In this document: positions 55,079 through 64,000 of the stretch, one piece after another
Position numbering within the stretch: the first letter of the stretch is position 1
How the letters are laid out: each line of letters begins with the position of its first letter
Source of the DNA: Camelus dromedarius
Lineage: Eukaryota
Length of the DNA: 64,000 bases
Direction of reading: 5' to 3'
Assembly (NCBI RefSeq): GCF_036321535.1
Contig: NC_087447.1
Span: 41,914,001-41,978,000 of the forward strand
Position numbers and translations under genes: made by a program
Notes under the pieces: model-generated
What the model saw: the letters and a program-made list of their open reading frames with translations, nothing else
Databases searched by the model: none
Told to the model about the DNA's origin: nothing

Positions 55079-55299
55079 CTGTAAGGCATTCTTTTAAATT
55101 ACTGCATAATATTTCATGGTGTGACTGTAACCCAATTTTTTGGAAGTATCTCCCAATTGATGGGAATTCACTCTCTGTTCAGTTTTTTTTCCCACCTTAA
55201 ACAAAGCTTCAGTAAACAAGCTTGTGCATCTGTCTTTGTTTACCAGTAGTTTTGTATTTCTGTGGGTTAGATTCCTAGAGATAAAATTGCTTGATAGAA

Positions 55300-55323
<24 letters not shown>
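55300..55323. repeat. (GT)12 microsatellite
   Basis: Read directly. Confidence 0.9.
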
Positions 55324-55330
<7 letters not shown>

Positions 55331-56681
55331 AGTATAATATATGTATATATTTAGTTTTAATAGGTATTTCCAGATTATTTTCAAAAAGGCTGTTACATTT
55401 CATGTTTCTGCCAACATTTATTGGGAGTATTTCCTTTCTCCCATCCTGGCCAGCAATAGATTCAGTTGTTCTTTTCAATGTTTTCTGTTTAACAGATAGG
55501 CAAAAATGATATGGCAAAAATTACACATAAAGGACTTTGTTTAGTTTACTTCTAATCCCCAGTAGAATAGTGCCTGACCCATGGAAATTTTCAGTAAATA
55601 CTTGTTGAATGTGTGAATCAGAAATGAATGAATCAACTAGTCAACCAATTAATCAGCTAATCTCATTGTTTCTTTGGTTTGCAATTCTTTGCCTATTACT
55701 CAATTTTAGCATCAGTTTATATGTATGTTTGACCTTTTTGAATTTGTGGAGTTGTTCTTTTGTGACTTGCTTATGCATACCTCTTGTCCATTTTTCTTTT
55801 GGGTTGACTTTTTCTAGCCATTGCATAAGAAAACTTTGTTTAATATATCTATTGTCCTTTATAATTTTTTCCCAAACACATTCATTTATCTGTTGGCTTT
55901 ATATTTTATCTTTTGCCATAGAAAAACTTAATTTTTTGCTCAAATTTTGGCTCTTCTTTTTTTAAAGGCTCTGTATCTTCATTCTAATGTAACAACCTTT
56001 TTTCATTCCCAAGATATACATATTATCTAAATGTTTTTGCAAGATTCTTATTCCATACAGAACCTTTTTATAATTACGTAGTATATCACAAGTGTCCAGT
56101 TTTATTTTCTTCCAAAAGGATAGCCAGTTAATGTCAGCACAACTTTAATTAAATAATTCATAACTTTCCTGCTGAATTGAATTACCACATTTGTCATATA
56201 TTGAATTCTCATATATATAGTAACTTATTTCTGGATTTGTTATTCCAACATGGGTGTTTATGTATATTTAAACCAGTACTGTATTGATTTAAGGAACTTT
56301 ATTATGTTCTGATACCTGATAAGACAAATTATCCTACAGTGATACTTTTTTTTTTCTTTTTTGCGATTCCTGGCCATTGGTTCTTTCATATAAATATTAA
56401 GATAATAATACTCAATCCCCCCAAAAATTAAGTTAGAGTTGAGAATGCAAACCAATTGAAATTGTGTTTAATTTTTATGTTAATTTGGGGAGAATTAATA
56501 TTTTATTGTATTAAGTCTTCCCCACCCACAACTAGTCCATTTTAATTTTTTTTAACATTTTTTAATTGAGTTATAGTCATTTTACAATGTTGTTTCAAAC
56601 TCCACAATTTTTCAGTTATACATGAACATACATATATTCATCGCCACATTTTGTTTTTGCTGTGAGCTACCACAACATCTT

Positions 56682-59600
56682 TTTTTTTTTAACATTTTTT
56701 ATTGATTTATAATCATTTTACAATGTTGTGTCAAATTCCAGTGTTCAGCACAATTTTTCAGTCATACATGGACATATACACACTCATTGTCACATTTTTT
56801 TCTCTGTGAGCTACCATAAAATTTTGTGTCTATTTTCCTGTGCTATACAGTATAATCTTGTTTATTTATTATACAATTCTGAAATCCCAGTCTATCCCTT
56901 CCCACCCTCCGCCCCCCTGGCAACCACAAGTCTGTATTCTATGTCTATGAGTCTATTTCTGTCCTGTATTTACACTTTTTTGTTTGTTTGTTTCTTTGTT
57001 TGTTTGTTTTTGTTTTTTAGATTCCACATATGAGCAATCTCATATGGTATTTTTCTTTCTCTTTCTGGCTTACTTCACTTAGAATGACATTCTCCAGGAA
57101 AATCCATGTTGTTGCAAATGGCATTATGTTGTCAGGGTTTATGGCTGAATAGTATTCCATTGTATAAATATACCACTTCTTCTTAATCCAGTCATCTGTT
57201 GATGGATACTTAGACTGTTTCCATGTCTTGGCTATTGTACATAGTGCTGCTATGAACACTGGAGTGCAGGTGTCTTTTTGAAGTAGGGTTCCTTCTGGAT
57301 ATATGCGCAGGAGCGAGATTCCTGGGTCCTATCGTAAGTCTATTCCTAGTCTTTTGAGGAATCTCCACACTGTTTTCCATAGTGGCTGCACCAAACTGCA
57401 TTCCCACCAGCAGTGTAGGAGGGTTCCCCTTTCTCCATAGCCTCTCCAATGTTTGTCATTTGTGGATTTTTGAATGATGGCCATTCTGACTGGTGTGAGG
57501 TGATACCTCATTGTAGTTTTGATTTGCATTTCTCTGATAATTAGTGATATTGAGCATTTTTTCATGTGCCTTTTGATCATTTGTATGTCTTCCTTGGAGA
57601 ATTGCTTGTTTAGGTCTTCTGCCCATTTTTGGATTGGGTAGTTTGTTTTTTCTTATTGAGTCGTATAAGCTGCTTATATATTCTGGAGATCAAGCCTTTG
57701 TCGGTTTCATTTGCAAAAATTTTCTCCCATTCCATAGGTTGTCTTTTTGTTTTACTTATGGTTTCCTTTGCTGTGCAGAAGCTTATAAGTTTCATTAGGT
57801 CCCATTTGTTTATTCTTGCTTTTATTTCTTCTAGGAGAACATTTTTGAGATGTATGTGAGATAATGTTTTGCCTATATTTTCTTCTGGGAAGTTTATTGT
57901 ATCTTGTCTTATGTTTAAGTCTTCTATCCATTTTGAATTTGTTTTTGTGTATGGTGTAAGAGAGTGTTCTAGCTTCATTGCTTTACATGCTGCCGTCCAG
58001 TTTTCCCAACACCATTTGCTGAATCAGACTGTCTTTATTCCATTGTATATTCTTGCCTCCTTTGTCAAAGATTAGTTGACCAAAAGTTTGTGGGTTCATT
58101 TCTGGGCTCTCTATTCTGTTCCATTGGTCTGTATGTCTGTTTTTGTACCAATACCATGCTGTCGTGATGACTGTAGCTCTGTAGCATTGTCTGAAGTCTG
58201 GGAGAGTTACTCCTCCAGCCTCTTTCTTTTTCTTCAGTAATGCTTTGGCAATTCTAGGTCTTTGATGGTTCCATATAAATTTTATTATGATTTGTTCTAG
58301 TTCTGTGAAATATGTCCTGGGTAATTTGATAGGGATTGCATTAAATCTGTAGATTGCCTTGGGCAGTTGTGACCGTTTTAACAATATTGATTCTTCCAAT
58401 CCAAGAGCATGGGATATCTTTCCACTTTTTAAAGTCTTCTTTAATTTCCTTCATCAATGGTTTATCGTTTTCTGTGTGTAATTCTTTCACCTCCTTGGTT
58501 AGATTTACTCCTAGGTATTTTATTACTATGGGTGCAATTTTAAAGGGGATTGCTTCTTTACTTTCTTCTTCTGTTGATTCATCGTTAGTGTAAAGAAATG
58601 CCACTGATGTTTGAACGTTAATCTTGTAACCTGCTACCTTGCTGAATTCTTCAATCAGCTCTAGTAGTTTTTGTGTGGACCTTTTAGGGTTTTCTATATA
58701 TAGTATCATGTCATCTGCTTATAGTGACACTTTTACCTCTTCTTTTCCAGTTCAGATCCCTTTTATTTCTCTCTCTTGCCTGATTGCTGTGGCTAGGACT
58801 TCCAAGACTATGTTGAATAGGAGTGGTGATAGTGGGCAGCTTTGTCTTGTCCCAGATTTTAGTGGAAAGCTTTTGAGTTTTTCACCATAGAAAAACTCTG
58901 TAGGTTTGTCATATATAGCTTTTATTATGTTGAGATATGTTCCCTATATACCCACTTTGGTGAGTTTTTATCATAAATGGGTGTTGAATTTTAGCAAATG
59001 CTTTTTCTGCATCTGTTGAGATGATCATGTGGTTTTTGTCCTTTCTCTTGTTGATGTGATGTATTACATTGATTGATTTGCGTATGTTGAACCACCCTTG
59101 TGTCCCTGGGATGAACCCCACTTGGTCATGATGTATAATCTTTTTTACGTGCTGTTGGATTCTATTTGCTGATATTTTGGTGAGGATTTTTGCATCTATG
59201 TTCATCAGTGATATTGGTCTATAATTCTCTTTTTTGATAGTGTCTTTGCCTGGTTTTGGTATCAGGGTGATGGTGGCTTCATAGAATGATTTTGGGAGTA
59301 TCTCCTCCTTTTCAATCTTCTGGGAGAGTTTGAGAAGGACTGATATGAGTTCTTCTTTGTATGTTTGGTAGAATTCCCCGGTGAAGCCATCCGGTCCTGG
59401 ACTTTTATTTCTAGGGAGGTTTTTTTAATCACTAATTCAGTTTCATTTCTAGTGACCTGTTTGTTCAAGTGGTCAGTTTCTTCTTGGTTCAATCTTGGTG
59501 GACTGTATGTTTCCAGAAATTTGTCCATCTCCTCTAGGTTATCCATTTTGGCTCCATATAGTTTTTCATAATACTCTCGTATGATATTCTGTATTTCTAT

Positions 59601-59974
59601 GTTATTTGTTGTAATTTCTCCATTTTCCTTTCTTATTTTGCTTGTTTGTGCTCTCTCTTTTTTCTTCTTTGTGAGTTTAGCCAGAGGTTTGTCGATTTTA
59701 TTTACTGTTTCAAAAACCCAGCTTTTGGTTTGATTGATTTTTTTCTATGTTTTTTTAATCTCTATTTTATTTATTTTCTCCTTGATCTTTTTTTATTACC
59801 TTCCTTCTGCTGCCTTTTAGGGGTTTTTGCTCTTCTTTTTCTAACTCTTTTAGCTGGTGGGTTAGATTGTTTATTTGAGATTGTTCTTTTTTGAGGAAGG
59901 CCTGTATTGCTGTAAACTTCCCTCTTAGCACTGCCTTTGCTGTGTCCCATAAATTTTATGTGGTTGTGTTATCA
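56682..59974 (-). mobile_element. 5'-truncated young L1 (copy C, ~3.3 kb) nested in copy D
   Basis: Own poly-T tail and 3'UTR. 19-bp TSD with one mismatch at 56663-56681 and 59975-59993. ORF-track peptides identical to copy B at offset 33,360. Confidence 0.95.
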
Positions 59975-60147
59975 TGAGCTACCACAGCATCTTGTGTATA
60001 TATTTCCCTGTGCTATACAGTATAATCCTGTTTATCTATTCTGCATATGCCTATCAGTATCTACAAATTTTGAACTCCCAATCTCCTCCTTCCCACCCCC
60101 CTCCCCCTTGGCAAACACAAGTTTGTACTCTATGTCTGTGAGTCTGT

Positions 60148-60413
60148 TTCTTCTTCTTCCTCTTCCTCTTCCTCTCCTCCTCCCTTCCTCCTTCTTCTTC
60201 TTCCTTTCTTCTTTCTCCTTTTCCTTCTTCTTCTCCTCCTTCTCCTCCTCCTTCTCCTCCTCCTCCTTCTCCTCCTTCTCCTTCTCCTTCTTTCTTCCTT
60301 CTTCTTCTTTCTTCTTCTTCTTCTTCTTTCTTCTTCTTCTTCCTCTTCCTCTCCTTCTCCTTCTTCTCCTCCTCCTTCTCCTCCCCCTCCCCCCTTCCCC
60401 TTCTCCTTTTTTC
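60148..60413. repeat. Compound pyrimidine microsatellite (TTC/CTC/TTCTCC)n in the 3'UTR of L1 copy D
   Basis: About 265 bp of only C and T on the + strand. Confidence 0.95.
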
Positions 60414-63400
60414 TAAAGATTCCACATATGAGCAATCTCATATGGTATTCTTCTTTCTCTTTCTGGCTTACTTCACTTAGAATGACATTCTCCAGGGACA
60501 TCCATGTTGCTGCAAATGGCATTATGTTGTCGGGGTTTATGGCTGAATAGTATTCCATTGTATAAATATACCACATCTTTATCCAGTCATCTGTCAATGG
60601 ACATTTGTGCTATTTCCATATCTTGGCTATTGTAAATAGTGCTGCTATGAACACTGGAGTGCAGGTGTCTTTTTGAAGTAGGGTTCCTTCTGGATATATG
60701 CGCAGGAGCGAGATTCCTGGGTCCTATCGTAAGTCTATTCCTAGTCTTTTGAGGAATCTCCATAGTGTTTTCCACAGTGGCTGCACCAAACTGCATTCCC
60801 ACCAGCAGTGTAGGAGGGTTCCCTTTTCTCCACAGCCTCTCTAGCATTTGTCATTTGTGGACTTCTGAATGATGGCAATTATGACTGGTGTGAGGTGATA
60901 CTTCATTGTAGTTTTGATTTGCATTTCTCTGATAAGTAGTGATATTGAGCATTTTTTCATGTGCCTACTGATCATTTGTATGGCTTCCTTGGAGAATTGC
61001 TTGTTTAGGTCTTTTGCCCTTCTTTGGGTTGGGTTGTTTGTTTTTCTTATTAAGTCGTATGAGCTGCTTATGTATTCTGGAGATCAAGCTTTTGTCGGTT
61101 TCATCTTTTGCAAAAATTTTCTCCTGTTCTGTAGGTTGTTTTGTTTTACTTATGGTTTCCTTTGCTGTGCAGAAGCTTGTAGGTTTCATTAGGTCCCATT
61201 TGTTTATTCTTGCTTTTATTTCTATTGCTTGGGTAGACTGCCCTAGGAGCACATTTTTGAGATGTATGTGATAATGTTTTACCTATATTTTCTTCTAGGA
61301 AGTTTGTTGTATCTTGTCTTATGTTTGAGTCTTTGATCTATTTTGAGTTAATTTTTGTGTATGGTGTAAGGGAGTGTTCTAACTTCATTGATTTACATGT
61401 GCTGTCCAGTTTTTCAATTTCTGTTTTATGCCATCCAATAAGCTTTTAAAGTTTTTGTCTCATAAATTGTTTGCTTTGTTAAATGTAGTATTCCCTAGTA
61501 CTTGATAGTTTATATTACTATTGTGGATTGCTTTTCCCATTTCCATTTCTAGTAACTTTTTACTAAAATAAATGAAAGCTGTTGATTTTGTATATTTATT
61601 TCATATCTATCCATTTTACCAAATTATCTTATTAATTTCAGTTTTCTGTTACAGTGTCTTGGGTTTTCTAGGCATCCAATAGTACTAGTCCCCCCAAAAG
61701 ATGGTTTTATTTCTTTGACAATGTTTTCACCATTTATTAATTTCATTTTCATGTCTCATTCTGTTTGCCAGAACCTCCAAGACAGTGTTAAATAAAAATC
61801 TCATAGAAGTCATCCCTGTCTCATTCCTGATTGAAGTGTTTAGTGTTTTGTCATTTAGGGTAATATTTATTATTTGGCTTTAGTGAACATTCCTTACTAA
61901 AGCTTGCTAGCTTTCTTCTATTTCTGTTTTACTTAGTTATATTATATGTATTGACTGATAAATATTTTTATGGCTTTTCAGCACCTATTATAATTATATG
62001 ATTTTCTCTCCCTTAATGTGTTGATAAAATGGATTAAGTTGATAAATTTCCCTCACTGAATCATGCTTGCCTTCCTTTACCCTTCCTATGAAACTTGTGT
62101 TTTTCCTCTATGGAAATTTGTAGGATCTTGTCTTTGACTCCAGTCTTCTAAAATTTCACAATAATGTTCCCTGATGTCATTGGGCTAATTGTATGTTTTG
62201 TGCTGGAAACTTGTTAGGCCCTTTCAATCTGGAAGTTCCTGTCTTAAATTCTGGGCAGTTTTCTTCAGTTATTTTCTTTGATTTCCTTTCCTTTATTTTC
62301 TCAATTTGTTCTTCTGGGATTTATACTATTCTGATGTTGACCTTCTCAGACCAGTCTTCTAATTTTATTTTCTTTTATTTTCTGCCTCTGCCTTTTTGCT
62401 TTATCCTCTGGGAAATTACCTCAACATTATCTTCCAACCCTTCTATTAAATTTTACATTTCAGCTATCATGTTTTTATACCCAAGGATACTTTTAATCTT
62501 TGAATATTCTCTTTTTTTTGGTACTGTGATTTTGTTTCATGAATGTAATAACTTCACATATCTGTCTGAGGATATTGAGAGAGAGTTGCATGATTTCTAT
62601 CTCTCCATAGTTTTTTTGGACAATTTTTTCTTTTGGTCTTTGTCCTTTATGTTAGAAGCTTTGCTTGGATGTCTGGTAGTATTTGACTGTCTGTTTATAG
62701 GGGAACCCTCAATATCAGTATCTTTAATTTTGGGGGGGGGTGGAAAGAGAGCTGTTCAGATTTCCCAGAAAGTAATCTTCTAGTCTTCCACCTGGAATGT
62801 AAAAACCTGGCTGCCAGAGTTCTAGGAGCCCAGTAGAGTAACAGGAGTATGGTACACCCAGCTTCAGTTGGGTCTGGTGTCCTGCAAACCAGGGAGCATG
62901 ACACCTCCAGCTTTGTTGTTGTTTCTCAAGATTGCTTTGGCTCTTTGGGGTCTTTTGTCTTTCCATAGAAATTTTAGTATTATTTATTCTATTTCTGTGA
63001 AAAGTACCTTTGGAATTTTGATAGGGATTACATTGAGAAAATAGTATGTCTACTATAATTTAAGTGGAGTTTTAGGAGGAAGCAAATTCAGATGTGCGTT
63101 TAGAAATAAGCAAATTCAGATGTATATAAAATTTTCACTTTTGTCACTTACCAAGTAAGGTTAAAATGTCTTAGATGACATCAAAGCTATGTGTTTCTTT
63201 CTAGCTTTACATGTATCACCACATGTCATCCTAACCAGATTAAATTCCACTCAGCCACCTTCTTTACAGTACAGTGACCAAACTGTGTTTTGCCTTTGTA
63301 CCTTTGTTCAACTTTTTTGTCCTACAATGCCTATTACCCTTCAGTTTCCCCCATATCTGGTGGAGAGATCATTCAAGCCTCAGCTCAGCTTTTATCTTTC

Positions 63401-64000
63401 AGGTCTTGCTCAGGTAGAAATGGCCACTTTACTCATACCTTATATACTCTTACCGTTGCACTGATAATAGTTTTTTGTAACATTTTAAAGTGAACTTTTA
63501 ACATACAATGAACTGAACATATTTCAAGTGTACAAACTTGATAACTTTTTAAACATGTATATGTACACCTATGAAATTATCACCACAAGACAATGAACTC
63601 TGTGTCTGGGTTACACTTCATACTTCATTGACATTCACTCACTGCAATATTTGGCTGAACTTTAGGCAGGCATTTGGGGCCAGGAATTAGAGTTGCACTT
63701 TTAACAAGGTGAGGAAAATCAATTACATACAGACACTTGGCAGTAATATGGTATATTACGAAGGGTCACTGCTAAATCCCTTCTCCTGCAGTTCAAAGCA
63801 TGACAACCATGTGCCTGGAAGAACCAGGCTAGAAAATGGTCTACAACCTGTTTTGGAGTCAAGAAGACATGCCCCTTTTTGTATAACTACATTCTTTAAG
63901 GTTACTCAACTTTTTGACAGGTTCAAAATTTTACAACCATAATAAACAGTTGCCCTTATTTTCCTGTGCACTGAGAATTATATTTGGACTGAAATATTGT

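Larger units (their letters stand above)
56540..61415 (-). mobile_element. 5'-truncated L1 (copy D; 56540-56681 and 59975-61415), split in its 3'UTR by copy C
   Basis: The 3'UTR stops at tgagctaccacaacatctt and resumes at tgagctaccacagcatctt. ORF2 C-terminal peptides at 60420-61400. Confidence 0.9.

Noticed and set aside
59937..60597. Long Glu/Arg/Lys-rich or Ser/Phe/Leu-rich ORFs
   Set aside because: Translation artefacts of the stop-free microsatellite.
62193..62783. 196-aa hydrophobic ORF
   Set aside because: T-rich degraded antisense L1 sequence gives Phe/Leu/Ser-rich frames; no family resemblance.
36873..64000. Next SBF2 exon (expected DCSSLEEYNIAAALLP...)
   Set aside because: Not found by eye; the region is repeat-filled intron, consistent with a long intron running past the window. 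A miss cannot be fully excluded.

Overview
Mammalian intronic DNA, most likely camelid, judged from two tRNA-derived SINEs that match the camelid vic-1 family as I recall it. The + strand carries ten consecutive coding exons of SBF2/MTMR13 (exons 7-16 by human numbering). All ten have AG/GT boundaries and join in one open frame; the next exon lies beyond the window. At 1-~1880 is an antisense, heavily disabled HTR1D (5-HT1D receptor) retrocopy that includes a long 5'UTR and a CpG-rich 5' end. Most of the rest is interspersed repeat: young and old L1, L2, CR1/L3, MIR, Tigger1, MER20, MER119 and microsatellites. I see no new protein-coding system. The most unusual signals concern L1. (i) Two L1 copies 33,360 bp apart have different TSDs and different 3'UTRs, yet share about 1.9 kb of apparently identical ORF2, the same private lesions and the same 5' end. 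(ii) One of them is a patchwork that also shares a private tract with the L1 it sits inside. (iii) A ~330 bp TSD-flanked element consists of an L1 5'-start fused directly to an L1 3' end. Repeat family names and exon numbers come from memory of consensus sequences, not from a database search.
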